Position numbers and translations under genes: made by a program
NCBI GenBank assembly: GCA_937775295.1
Contig: CALKBZ010000022.1
Location: forward strand, 15,463-79,462
Origin: an uncultured Opitutales bacterium
Lineage (GTDB): Bacteria; Verrucomicrobiota; Verrucomicrobiia; Opitutales; Coraliomargaritaceae
Length of the DNA stretch: 64,000 nucleotides
Reading direction: 5' to 3'
The notes under the pieces: generated by a model
What the model saw: the letters and a program-made list of their open reading frames with translations, nothing else
What the model was told of the DNA's origin: nothing
Database searches by the model: none
Shown: positions 27,692-38,700 of the stretch, piece after piece
Position numbering within the stretch: the first letter of the stretch is position 1
Layout: the number at the start of each line of letters is the position of its first letter

Positions 27692-28159
27692 TTAAAATAA
27701 ATGCTCATCACTGAGATTGATCAGGCTAAACATCAACTTGGCCTTAATACAACCGTCTTGCAGCACCCTTGCCTTAAACTTAAACAACGGTCCCAGTCGC
27801 TCGATAAACTCGACCTCCGCAAACACTTCACGCTGAGGCTTCACAATGCCCATATATTTGGCATAAGCGACCTTACTGACCACACCTAATGCGTGACCTT
27901 TCGTTTGCTCACTATCGTAGTTCTCTATTGGCGCATAGTATTTGGTAATTAAGGCACCAGCGGACTGCGTACAGAGCTCTTGCAACATTGCCCCCGGCAC
28001 AACTGGAGCACCGGGAAAGTGGCCAGCCAAATATGCTTCATCGCCGCGATGCACCTTCACCCCCGTCACCGCGTGGGCAGTCAGGAGATCGATACGATCA
28101 ACCATTAAATAAGGCTCACGATGGTGCAGTAGCACCTTAATTTCATCTCGATTCATCAT
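27692..28159 (-). CDS. FabZ/FabA-like hotdog-fold dehydratase
   Basis: LLHHREPYLMVDRI and GHFPGAPVVPGAMLQELCTQ match the FabZ active-site region. Confidence 0.7.
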   Translation of the reverse strand: MMNRDEIKVLLHHREPYLMVDRIDLLTAHAVTGVKVHRGDEAYLAGHFPGAPVVPGAMLQELCTQSAGALITKYYAPIENYDSEQTKGHALGVVSKVAYAKYMGIVKPQREVFAEVEFIERLGPLFKFKARVLQDGCIKAKLMFSLINLSDEHLF

Positions 28160-28860
28160 CGTTTAATTTCAGGTAGTTTCACAAAAGGTTTAAATCGCAC
28201 ATTGATCGGCTCCGCATAACGCGCCCGCACATCGATCGCCGGATCGAAGCCAAACTGAGGCGACAGTCGGTCCTCCCAATGCAGGCCATCGACTTGCCTC
28301 AGTCGCCAGGCCTCATGCGCCACATCCCCGCGATACAGCGAATCGCCGTCGGTCGTATATAAATGATAGCGCTCGACCAGCCAGCGATCCAATGCATCCG
28401 CCTCGACCGATGGCCCAACTTCAGACTCCATCGAGAATGAATCGGGCGCAGCAAACGAATAACGCCCAGCTTGTACGTCTCCCGTCATTTTGCGCACTCG
28501 ATACGGCAAATGAAAGACGCGCGTGGCAATCAACTGCCCTAAGCGACTGTCGGTATCCAAGGTCAAAAAAAGCACCCCAGGCCGCCCTCGATAAGTCACA
28601 TACGTGCGCAGATTAAGCTCCCACAGCGAAATGAAAGGCAGCGCAGGCGTTACCGGGAAGCGAATGTGCGACATGTAAAAAGGCACGATACTCAACCATG
28701 CAGAGCCATCGAACAGATCCAGATCCAGACCGTAAGGGAGCTGATCCCTAATCGCCTCAAGATCGCAACGAAAGCTCAGGAACTGCACATGTGACCAGCG
28801 CTGTGCGATCACCCATCGATTTGATTGAATTTGATTAGAAGGCTTCATAGTTTTATGCAT
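28156..28860 (-). CDS. DUF2071 (YqjF-like) domain protein
   Basis: WSHVQFLSFRCD...LFDGSAWLSIVPFYMSHIRF pattern. The listed start at 28929 is TTG, and ATG at 28860 is preferred. Its stop overlaps the FabZ-like start by 4 nt. Confidence 0.55.
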   Translation of the reverse strand: MHKTMKPSNQIQSNRWVIAQRWSHVQFLSFRCDLEAIRDQLPYGLDLDLFDGSAWLSIVPFYMSHIRFPVTPALPFISLWELNLRTYVTYRGRPGVLFLTLDTDSRLGQLIATRVFHLPYRVRKMTGDVQAGRYSFAAPDSFSMESEVGPSVEADALDRWLVERYHLYTTDGDSLYRGDVAHEAWRLRQVDGLHWEDRLSPQFGFDPAIDVRARYAEPINVRFKPFVKLPEIKR

Positions 28861-28992
28861 CAGTTCAGACCGAAATTCATTACAACTTTTATCCAAATAA
28901 AACACTAAAAATCGACAACTCGTTAACAACTGTGAATAAGTTCTCCGTTTTAACTTTTACAGTCGGCGGGAGGTTGCCAGTATTAGGGCTTC

Positions 28993-31900
28993 ATGTCCGA
29001 AAAAGACCGCGAATTCGTCCACCTTCACGTCCACACTGATCACAGTCTGTTGGATGGTTGCTCGCGGACGGATAAGCTCTGCTCACGTGCGGCAGAGCTA
29101 GGGATGAAGGCCCTGTCGATCACCGACCACGGTGTGCTCTACGGCCTGACCAGCTTTTTTAAGCAGGCCGAGAAGCATGGGATTAAGCCTTTGCTCGGTT
29201 GTGAAGTCTATCTCATCTACGAACAAGAGCTCGCCACGGTCAACGAATTGCGCGCCAAGCAAAAGTCCCACCACATGGGCTTGCTCGCGCGTAGTTTCAT
29301 TGGCTATCAGAATCTTTGCAAAATCGTTTCACGAGCGCACACCGAAGGCTTCTACCGCAATCCACGCACCGACATGAAGACCCTCGCTCAATACAGCGAA
29401 GGGCTGATCGGTTTTTCCGGCTGCTTGGCGGGGGTCATCCCGCAATTCCTACTGAAGAACGAATACGACAACGCGCGCGACGCGGCGGCCCAGTTTGTCG
29501 ATATTTTTGGCAAGGATTTCTTCATCATCGAGATCATGGATCACGGCATCGAAGAGCAGCGCCGCATCATCCCTGGCTTGTTAAAGATCGCCGCAGAATT
29601 TGACTTAAAAGTCGTCGCCACCAATGACGTGCACTACGTCAATAGCACTGATTGGGAGCCACACGACTCACTGCTCTGCATTCAGACCGGCGCCAAAGTC
29701 AAGGACGAGAAGCGCATGCGCTACGACTCGCACCAGTTTTACCTCAAATCACGCGAGGAGATGGAGCTCGCCTTCAAAGAGGTGCCCGAATCGATCACGA
29801 ACACCTCGGCTGTCGCCGAAATGTGCGAGGTCAAGTTGCCCTTTGGTGAAGACCATTACCCAATTTACGAACGTCCGATTGAAGTCAACTCTGGCAACGA
29901 CCACGAAAACTTTGATCGTGTGCTGCATATTTATGAAGTGCAAAAAAACACCATCCTCATTCGCGATGGCCATCAACCGATCACTCTAAGTGAAGCCGAG
30001 CGCATCAAGCATAAGACCAATGGGCTCTACCTTTTTGAGCTCTGCAAAGAGGGGCTCAAGCAGCGCTATGGCACCGACTACGACGCCTGTCGCACCGACT
30101 GGGAAAATGTCTCGGCCGACGACAAGCGTTACTGCGAACAACTTGAATACGAACTCGCGATCATTACCGGCACCGGCTTCGTTGATTACTTCCTTATCGT
30201 TTGGGACTTCATCGACTGGGCGCGCGCGCAAAACATCCCAGTCGGCCCAGGTCGTGGTTCAGGTGCAGGCTGTATCGTCGCATACGTGCTAAAGATCACC
30301 GACATCGACCCGCTCAGTTTCGGTCTACTATTTGAGCGTATGCTCAATCTTGAGCGTGTGTCCCCGCCCGACTTCGACGTCGATTTCTGTATGCGCCGGC
30401 GTGACAAAGTGGTGAACTATGTACGCGAAAAATACGGCAAAGACCGCGTCGCAAATATCATTACCTTCGGCACGTTTGGTGCAAAGATGATTGTGCGCGA
30501 CCTCGCACGCGTGAATGACCTCGAATACGCCGAGGCCAACAAGATCGCGAAGATGATTCCCGACGAGCTGAATATCACGCTCGACGATTCAGTAAAAAAA
30601 TCTCCAGAGCTCGCCGCAGAGATCACACGCAACCCAGTCGCGAAAATTATCATCGAACAGGGTCGCGTGATCGAAGGCATGATTCGCAATACTGGCAAGC
30701 ACGCTTGCGGTGTCATCATCGCCGACCAAGACATCACGAATCTGGTTCCAGTAACTCTACAGGAAGGCGACTTGACCACGCAGTATCCGAAGGGGCCCAG
30801 CGAGGACCTCGGATTATTGAAGATGGATTTCTTGGGCCTAAAAACCCTAACCGTTATTGATGATGCACAGACCAATGTGCGCAACACCCGCCAGCGACCC
30901 GAATTCAACATCGAGACCGCTCCGCTCGATGATCAAGCGACTTTCGACCTGCTCAACAGTGGCCGCACCACCGCCGTCTTCCAGCTAGAGTCCGGCGGCA
31001 TGCAGCAACTCTGTCGACAGATTGGCCTAAGTTCTTTCGAAGAAATCATCGCGTTGATCGCGCTCTATCGACCGGGGCCAATGCAGTTTATCCCTCAATT
31101 CATTGAGGGCAAGAAAGACCCGTCCACGGTGCAGATCCCGCATCCACTGCTTAAAGATTTGGTGGAGGAAACTTACGGTGTCTTAGTTTATCAGGAACAG
31201 GTTATGCAGTCCGCACAGATCATCGCCGGCTACACGCTGGGCGGCGCGGATATCCTTCGCCGCGCGATGGGCAAGAAGATTAAGTCCGTGATGGACGCGC
31301 AAAAGCAGGTGTTCATTGATGGTGCACGCAAGACCAACAAGATCGACGCTAAAACGGCCACTTCGATTTTCGCATTGCTGGAAAAATTTGCGCAATACGG
31401 CTTCAACAAATCGCACTCCGCCGCGTATGCGATGCTCAGTTATCGCACCGCCTATCTGAAAGCGAACTACCCGATCGAGTTCATGGCCGCCGTGCTCAGT
31501 TCCGAGCAAGGTAACTCCGATAAGATCTCGAACATTCTCGCAGAGTGTCATGCGATGAATGTGCCGGTGCTCAGCCCCGACATCAACGACTCCGGCAGCG
31601 ACTTCACGCCAATCATCGAAGGCGACTGGGGCAGCATCCGCTTCGGCATGGCGGCAATGAAAGGTGTGGGCGAAGGCGCTTCGATCGTGATCATCAACGA
31701 ACGCGACGCCAACGGCGATTACGAGGACTTCACCGACTTCATCATTCGCTCAGCCGACAAAGCCGTGAACCGACGCGTGATCGAAGCACTGGTCAAAACC
31801 GGCGGCTTCGACTCTTTCGGCGAAGACCGTGCCACCCTGCTCGACTGCCTCGACTCTGAACTAGCCGAAGCCGAGAGCACCCGCCGCGACCGCGACGCTG

Positions 31901-32694
31901 GGCAAAGCTCGCTGTTCGATATGATGTGCGGCGATGACGATGCAGATGACCAAAAAAAGAGCGGCCCGTCGCGTAAGACCGTGCCAGCTATGCCGATGAC
32001 CGAGAAGCTACGCTACGAGAAAGAGCTGCTCGGCTTCTACATTTCGGGGCACCCCATGGATGCCTACGCCGGCCTCGACACCGTGATCGACACGTTCGCC
32101 AAGCCAGAAGACCTAGGGAATTTTGACGACCGCACGACCTACCGAATCGGTGGTATCATTAGTAATTTACAAATTAAATACACCCGCAAAGACAGTCGCC
32201 AGATGGCCGTCTTCAATCTCGCAACCGCCACGCACAGTTACGAGATGATCATGTTCCCTGACCCGTATGAGAAAAACGGCTCCCGTCTGGAAGACGGCAA
32301 ACTGGCGCTGATCCACGGCCAGATCAGTCGACGCAACGGTGAGATGAGCCTCACCGCCCACGAGATATTTGATCTTGAGCAATCGATCCCACGCATCATC
32401 CAGCGCATCAACTTCATCCTGCACCCTCACGAAAAAAACGCCACGGACTTCATCGATAAATTCCGCGAGATGATTGATATTGAATACGGCTCCACCCGCG
32501 TGAATCTGAGCTTTCTGATCGACCATCAAATCGTCGAAACCGAGACCGCGCAGTCGCTCACCTTCACGATCACTGGCACCAATTATAAAGAGCTACGTCG
32601 CCACCCTGCACTGGCTGGCGTGCGCATCCAATCGATCGCCGTACAAGCGATCGACGACCGCCGACCGTGGGAGCGCGGCAAGAAGAAGTTTTAG
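28993..32694 (+). CDS. dnaE: DNA polymerase III subunit alpha
   Basis: PHP domain [15 protein letters not shown], polymerase core [28 protein letters not shown], and HACGVII. Length is 1233 aa. Confidence 0.95.
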   Translation: MSEKDREFVHLHVHTDHSLLDGCSRTDKLCSRAAELGMKALSITDHGVLYGLTSFFKQAEKHGIKPLLGCEVYLIYEQELATVNELRAKQKSHHMGLLARSFIGYQNLCKIVSRAHTEGFYRNPRTDMKTLAQYSEGLIGFSGCLAGVIPQFLLKNEYDNARDAAAQFVDIFGKDFFIIEIMDHGIEEQRRIIPGLLKIAAEFDLKVVATNDVHYVNSTDWEPHDSLLCIQTGAKVKDEKRMRYDSHQFYLKSREEMELAFKEVPESITNTSAVAEMCEVKLPFGEDHYPIYERPIEVNSGNDHENFDRVLHIYEVQKNTILIRDGHQPITLSEAERIKHKTNGLYLFELCKEGLKQRYGTDYDACRTDWENVSADDKRYCEQLEYELAIITGTGFVDYFLIVWDFIDWARAQNIPVGPGRGSGAGCIVAYVLKITDIDPLSFGLLFERMLNLERVSPPDFDVDFCMRRRDKVVNYVREKYGKDRVANIITFGTFGAKMIVRDLARVNDLEYAEANKIAKMIPDELNITLDDSVKKSPELAAEITRNPVAKIIIEQGRVIEGMIRNTGKHACGVIIADQDITNLVPVTLQEGDLTTQYPKGPSEDLGLLKMDFLGLKTLTVIDDAQTNVRNTRQRPEFNIETAPLDDQATFDLLNSGRTTAVFQLESGGMQQLCRQIGLSSFEEIIALIALYRPGPMQFIPQFIEGKKDPSTVQIPHPLLKDLVEETYGVLVYQEQVMQSAQIIAGYTLGGADILRRAMGKKIKSVMDAQKQVFIDGARKTNKIDAKTATSIFALLEKFAQYGFNKSHSAAYAMLSYRTAYLKANYPIEFMAAVLSSEQGNSDKISNILAECHAMNVPVLSPDINDSGSDFTPIIEGDWGSIRFGMAAMKGVGEGASIVIINERDANGDYEDFTDFIIRSADKAVNRRVIEALVKTGGFDSFGEDRATLLDCLDSELAEAESTRRDRDAGQSSLFDMMCGDDDADDQKKSGPSRKTVPAMPMTEKLRYEKELLGFYISGHPMDAYAGLDTVIDTFAKPEDLGNFDDRTTYRIGGIISNLQIKYTRKDSRQMAVFNLATATHSYEMIMFPDPYEKNGSRLEDGKLALIHGQISRRNGEMSLTAHEIFDLEQSIPRIIQRINFILHPHEKNATDFIDKFREMIDIEYGSTRVNLSFLIDHQIVETETAQSLTFTITGTNYKELRRHPALAGVRIQSIAVQAIDDRRPWERGKKKF

Positions 32695-32838
32695 GCTAAC
32701 AGTGCGCCGTCGTGAATGGCGGGCAACTCTGCGCCATTCAACTGATCTACCACAGGCTCCTGTGCGGATTCGCTCACCGGCTCTACGATTTTTTTTTGTG
32801 AATGAAACATAAGTCTCGCACTCAGATACTGGCTCGAA

Positions 32839-33708
32839 ATGATTTTGCACAACGTGACGAATCCTAACATCCGAATCATTTTTCAAGACATCGATGGCTG
32901 CCTCAATCCGGCAGACGGCGAGGCCTTTGGAGTCACTGAAGACTGGGAGCCATCCAGCAATCAGATCTCGATGCTGGATACGATTAACACCGCACTGGAT
33001 CAGTCCTCGGTCGAACATTTCGTAATTAACACAGGCCGCCCGTGGGGCCTAGTGCGCAACCTCGCTAAACATTTCACATCGCCAAAGGCGCGCTATTTTC
33101 TGGTGGAACATGCCTGTGCGCTCTATGATCGGCAGAGGGACATTAACCTCAACTGCGAACAAATGGCGGCTGCCAACGGTTTGAATGATTTGGTTACTCG
33201 CTATCAAAATCTAGCGCATATCCAAATCCTTTTCGACTGGTATCGAGATCATGGAATGGCGCTGCTCGAAGCACACTACCAGACTCCACTCCCAGCAGTT
33301 GATAAACAAGCCAACCTGTCTTTCCGAATCCCGAGCGGAGTCGATGGCGAAGCATTATTAAAACATATCGAATCGATCGCCCGCGCCCAGCTCGCTCCAG
33401 CGCACATCGAGCCTTTACTGTTTTTACGATCAGACAACTACATCGATATCTTGCCGGGAATCCATAAACTAGACGGCATTCACTTACTAACCGCACACCT
33501 AAAAATCGACCTCGACCACGCTCTAGCAGTCGGAGATTATCTCAATGACATTCCCATATTTGAGGCTTTCCACCGAGTCCTCTGCCCCGCCAATGCGCAC
33601 CCACGGATCCAAGCGCTCACTCGTGCCAAAGGTGAGTCTGGAGAAGTTTCCGAGCAGGCCTACGGCCTAGCCACTCTCAGCTTGCTGCGCGGGATACCAG
33701 CTATTTAA
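32839..33708 (+). CDS. HAD-superfamily (IIB-like) hydrolase/phosphatase
   Basis: Motif I is FQDIDGCLN and motif IV is VGDYLNDIPIFE. Confidence 0.6.
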   Translation: MILHNVTNPNIRIIFQDIDGCLNPADGEAFGVTEDWEPSSNQISMLDTINTALDQSSVEHFVINTGRPWGLVRNLAKHFTSPKARYFLVEHACALYDRQRDINLNCEQMAAANGLNDLVTRYQNLAHIQILFDWYRDHGMALLEAHYQTPLPAVDKQANLSFRIPSGVDGEALLKHIESIARAQLAPAHIEPLLFLRSDNYIDILPGIHKLDGIHLLTAHLKIDLDHALAVGDYLNDIPIFEAFHRVLCPANAHPRIQALTRAKGESGEVSEQAYGLATLSLLRGIPAI

Positions 33709-33736
33709 AAATCGCCATTGAACCCGCCCGGGTTCA

Positions 33737-34768
33737 ATGAGTCTCTACCGACACGTCCATGGTTTCATAGCCTTGTCATTCGGCACGCGCCGGCCAAGTT
33801 ATTCATACATGTCCAATCGTCAGAAGATCTTCGCCAGTCTTAAGGAAAAGCGCACGCAATCCGATTTCTGGTTTAATAGCTTATTGTATACCTGCCTTGG
33901 GGTCGCCTTTTTGCCGATCACACTTTGGATCACCGCAACCGCTAATGAGCAGAGTCGTATCTTACACGCCCTGATCGTGCTGGCCATGGCGATCTTTTTG
34001 CTCGTCCTCTATAATCGAATCAAAGTTGAAGAACCACTCACCCTCAACAAGAGCGCCCGTAACACACTCTTGGCATCCTATGTGCTCTTATCACTTTGTG
34101 TTATTTCGCGACAAGCAATCCCGCCCTCGTCTGAGCTGCTCTACCTGATCAGCTCACTAATTGCAATCCCAGCCTATTGCTTCGGCATTGCATCGGCGGT
34201 GCTCTTCATCTTCGGCCAAGGCGTGCGCCGCATTACCTATACAGCGACTGGCACGTTCTGCGCGTTCATACTACTAAGCACATTGATGACCCCGCTCGAC
34301 TGGCCGCTACGCAACCTCGCGGGTGAATGGAGCGCTATGGCACTGAGTGCCGTAGGCAAGACAGTCGAACTCGGGGTGCAAGGCAGCAGCGCCACGACAC
34401 CGTCCCAGCTCATACTCCTCGTCGACCAGCATCCGTTTCATGTCGCATCCGAGTGCAATGGATTCGGCGTCATTTTAACGAGCTTACTCATCTCGGTACT
34501 ATTGGCAATCTACCGCAGACTCGGCCCGATCGACACTGCCCTCAATCTACTCTCAGGCATCACCCTCGGCTTTCTATTTAACACGCTACGTATTTTGATT
34601 ATCGTGCTGTTAGCGCCATCAATGATGGACCACTACCACCTAATGCACGAAATCGTCGGCACCATCACCTACTGGAGCTGCTTGATACTTACTTGGATAC
34701 TACTCAACGGCCCGGTGAATAATGAGCCCAGAGAAAAACCGCTCGATCCAGCAGACGCTCACAGCTAA
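33737..34768 (+). CDS. Exosortase/archaeosortase-family integral membrane protein
   Basis: Polytopic membrane protein with the family Cys-Arg-His signature in order: VASECNGFGV, FNTLRILII and MHEIVG. The start is uncertain (ATG 33737 or 33809). Confidence 0.7.
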   Translation: MSLYRHVHGFIALSFGTRRPSYSYMSNRQKIFASLKEKRTQSDFWFNSLLYTCLGVAFLPITLWITATANEQSRILHALIVLAMAIFLLVLYNRIKVEEPLTLNKSARNTLLASYVLLSLCVISRQAIPPSSELLYLISSLIAIPAYCFGIASAVLFIFGQGVRRITYTATGTFCAFILLSTLMTPLDWPLRNLAGEWSAMALSAVGKTVELGVQGSSATTPSQLILLVDQHPFHVASECNGFGVILTSLLISVLLAIYRRLGPIDTALNLLSGITLGFLFNTLRILIIVLLAPSMMDHYHLMHEIVGTITYWSCLILTWILLNGPVNNEPREKPLDPADAHS

Positions 34769-34879
34769 AGTACTGGCGATTGATCGAGACCATTGTCTCC
34801 GTGACGCGTCGGCACGCCAATCAAAGTGATCAGCAAGCACGCATTTGCCATTTTCGCGTTTTCGCCTATCTTTTTTATC

Positions 34880-35686
34880 ATGATGAAGCCATGCCTACTC
34901 GCCATCGCCCTACTCGCCCCAGCACTGTTATGGAGCGCGAACTCAAAGATCGAACTGGCACAGACTCTGGAGCAAACCATCGGAGCACTCGGCAAGCCTG
35001 TCGGCATCATTGAGCTCAGAGACAAAACCCTCCTGCTCTACCCTCAAGGCGAAGTCACCCTACGCGACGATAAGGTCTCAAATATTGACCTCATGAGTGA
35101 CGAGCAATTTGCCGCCGATCAAGAACGCTTACGTCTCGAACGAGAAGACTGGCTCATTCAACAAGAGAAGCTCTTGGCTGCGCGACTCAAAGAAGGTGAA
35201 GACCTAAAAGCCTATAAAAGACAAAGCAGCACCTTCGCCGGACTGCCAGCCAACGATCGAGTCGACTACTGGCGCAGTTTTCAGATTCGTTTCCCTGAGC
35301 TAGATGTCTCGAGTGAAATCGCCCGTGCACTGGAAAGCTACGCAGTCGAACTGACCGAACTAAAGACCCAACATAAAATTGCCGAACTTGAGACCCGCGT
35401 TGCTCTCGCCGAGCAACAAGCTGCAGCCGCACGCCTTGAAACCGAAAAACTACGCAATAAAACCACAGCACTCAGTCGCTCAAACTTTGGGCTGCGCAGC
35501 TATACTACCCCGTATAATAATTACTACTACCGCCCTCCCACGATAACCATCTATCCTAACAAAAATAAAGTCACCCACTACAATTACAACAATTTAGATC
35601 GCTGGAAATGGAATGAGTATACGCTGCCCAATCAACGCTCCGAAAGCACCGCCGAACGGATCTCACTTATTCTGAATACGAATTAG
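34880..35686 (+). CDS. Secreted coiled-coil protein of unknown function
   Basis: Signal peptide MMKPCLLAIALLAPALLWSANS from ATG 34880 (the listed GTG at 34826 is less likely). It has a long heptad-like E/L/A/K region and a Tyr/Asn-rich C-terminus. Confidence 0.5.
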   Translation: MMKPCLLAIALLAPALLWSANSKIELAQTLEQTIGALGKPVGIIELRDKTLLLYPQGEVTLRDDKVSNIDLMSDEQFAADQERLRLEREDWLIQQEKLLAARLKEGEDLKAYKRQSSTFAGLPANDRVDYWRSFQIRFPELDVSSEIARALESYAVELTELKTQHKIAELETRVALAEQQAAAARLETEKLRNKTTALSRSNFGLRSYTTPYNNYYYRPPTITIYPNKNKVTHYNYNNLDRWKWNEYTLPNQRSESTAERISLILNTN

Positions 35687-35729
35687 TAATCAATACAACG
35701 CAGCCGGGATTGAACGCAAAAAACTCTAC

Positions 35730-38700
35730 TTAAAACGGCTGCGAATTGTCCACACCAGCTAAGTCGGGACGATTGGTGTCTTTATTGAAGCGCATCGAGA
35801 GCAACTTCGATACACCCTTCTCTGGCATCGTGACACCGAATACCGTATCTGCGTTAGAGATCGTGCGCTTATTGTGCGTGACGATCAAAAACTGAGACTT
35901 ATCAGTAAAGCCATGCAGCGTCTCACAGAAGCGGCCGATATTAGCATCGTCGAGCGCGGCATCGATCTCATCCAATACACAAAACGGGCTAGGCTTGACC
36001 ATGTAGATCGCAAACAGCAATGCGACCGCAGCCATCGTACGTTGACCACCTGACAGGAGTGTCACGCTTTTTAAACGAGTTCCAGGAGGGCGCGCAATAA
36101 TATCAATCCCTGACTCCAGTGGATCATCGGAATCAACTAAAATAAGATCAGACTCACCACCTCCAGAAATCTTTTCATAGGTGAAGGCAAAATTCTCACG
36201 CACTTTATCAAAGGTTTCACGGAATAACTTTTGCGACGTCTCATTGATTTCATCGATGCTTTTAACCAATGTATTCTTCGCATTCCAAAGATCTTCACTT
36301 TGATTTTTCAGAAAATCATGCCGTTCTTTCAAATCCGTATATTCACTGATCGCATCGAGATTCACTGGGCCCATATTCGAAATACGGCTCTTCAATTCAG
36401 ACACTTCCTCTTCGATCAAGCTCCAATTCGTGCCATCCATCTCCGTAAGTTCTTCTTCGGTCGGATCACGGCGCTCATGCTTCGGCTGTGCGGCGAGCTT
36501 GTCGGGGTCATCTAGGTCATCCAGATTTACGCGTTTATCAAACTCCACATTGCCCTCCCACAGTTCAGCCTTCCAGTCAACGCGTTCCAGTTCGATCTGA
36601 TACTCATCCTGAGCTGTACTTTCGATAAAACCAATCTGCGACCGCTCTTCGGCGAGGCGGATTTCAAGACGAGTCATCTCTTGATCAAAAGTTCGACCTT
36701 CGTTGCGACGCCCTGCAAGGCCGCCATCAATTCCAGCAATCATCGCATCCATTTCTTTAATTGCCGCTCGGTCTTCGGACAACTGCCCGGCGGCCACCTG
36801 TAAGGTCTTATCAAGTTCGAAGCCCTTTTCAGATTCCCGAGCACCGCTGCCCTTGAGTTGGCCAATCTGCTGATTAATTGTATCAATTTCCTGACTACGA
36901 CGGATGATACGATTCTGCAAACTCGCGGTCTCGCGCTGCACTTCTCCGAGCACGCGATCGACAGATTCGAGGCGTTGCTTCTTTTCTGCCAATTCAAGAC
37001 GGACGTCTGCCAAAGCTTCGCGCTTTTGGTCGCGAGTCTCACGGGAATGTGCAATCGCATCTTCCAAATCAGTGCCGTTCTGACGCTCCTCTAGCAAGCC
37101 TTGCTCCGCTGCAACGAGCTCCTGCTTCGAGTCTTCGAGGTCTTGCACAGAATCACTGTGATGCGCATCGAGTCGCTCAAGCTCTTCCTCACTCTTATGA
37201 TGCGAGCGAGCATTGTGCTCAACTTTCTGCCCTTGGTTGCGCTCTTCCGCGACAAGCCCAGACACTTCACTGGCGAGTTCGCTCAGGCGTTGCCGCTGCT
37301 CCTCAACCGACGCTTCAGCGACAGTGCGCTGATCTTCCAAAGTCGTGGATTGCTGGCGCAAAGTGTTGAGCGCCTTACGTTCGGTGTCGATTTCGCTGCG
37401 AAGCCTACGGATATCAGATTCGCGCTCAATCACACTGGAAGACTTCTTGCCAGAAGCTCGGCCACCATGAATTAAACCACGGCAATCAATGATTTCACCA
37501 TTTTGAGTCGCCACCAACAGGAAGTTAAACTCCGGGTGCGCCTTCCAAAATCGAACGAAGTTCGCAAGGCTTTCGGCAAAATAGCAATTGGTCAGCAAAC
37601 GTGTGACGGCCTCGCTGAGGTTGGAATCGCGCGCAAGCACGACAGAGGCGGCTGGCACGATTCCGTCTGGCAGCTTCACGCCAGGCAGCTTACTATAGCC
37701 CGCCTCAAGGTTGACCTGCAGGCAGGCACGCCCGAGTTGATCGGCATCGAGCTTATCGATCACGGTGAGCGCTTGTTTCGGATCACCGATAAACAAGGCT
37801 TCCGCCGCCTGACCGAGTAGAGCTTGCAGAGCACTGGTGTAGGCAGGCTGCACTTTCAGCTCTTTGGAAATAATCGAAACACTGTCTTTCGCCACGAGGT
37901 CGCGGAGTTTATCGCCGAGGATCGCCTTCGCACCTTCGCCAAATCCTTCGAACTTGGCCTGCAAGTCCTCAAGCACATTGAGCTGCGCGGTCTTACGTGC
38001 AATGCCTCGATCCTGTTCCTGGATCTGTTCCTGCATCGTGCGAAACTGCTGCAGAATCGCCGTTGAGTCGATGCGAGCTTTCTCTAGTGCAACCTCGCTA
38101 AGCTGTTGCTCTTCACGACGCTTTGCCAATATTCGTTGAATGTCGGCATGCCCCTTTTCCAGAATCACGACTTCTTCTTTCAACGTTAAAAGCGCCTCGG
38201 TCAATGCGGCGTGTTTGACCTGATAAGTCTTTAAATCGACTTCGAGCGTGGTGCAGCGCGAGCGTGCCCGATTGATTCGATTCTCGGCCTGCAGCACAGC
38301 TTGCCGGCGTTGTTGCAGTTGCGCCTCCATCTCACCGAGTTGCTCTTGGGAATTAACCAATTCTGAGTTGCGATCTCGAAAGATACGATCGGAGTCATCC
38401 ACTACATCGCTCTGTAACTGTTTATTCTCGGACTCGCTTCGCGCACGCGCCGCTAGTTCGTTTTGCTGCGCTTCGAGGCCTTGGACCTCTTTTTGATATT
38501 CCGCAATACGCGCTTCCAAGTCCTTGATGCGAATCGCCGAGAACTCGGCCTGATTCTCGGAATTTTCTTTCTCGGAGCGCAGATTAAACACGCGCTGCTG
38601 TAGCTCCTGCATGTTGTCGTACAGCTCGGCACGGGCGGTTTTTTGGGTCGCCAGCGCTGCCTCATCGGCGGCCATCGACTCAGTGTGCGTCTCCAGCTTT

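Noticed and set aside
29177-32529. Numerous 60-160-aa ORFs on both strands inside dnaE. Similar sets occur inside smc, fusA, the mutase gene, secY and the ribosomal genes.
   Set aside because: All are fully nested in long genes with strong motif support, and they are Arg/Ser/Pro-rich as expected for off-frame translation of moderately GC-rich coding DNA.
33720-33735. The palindrome GAACCCGCCCGGGTTC after the HAD gene as a possible terminator.
   Set aside because: No U-run follows it, and the next gene's candidate ATG starts 2 nt later. It is more likely an incidental or regulatory palindrome, with too little evidence to call.
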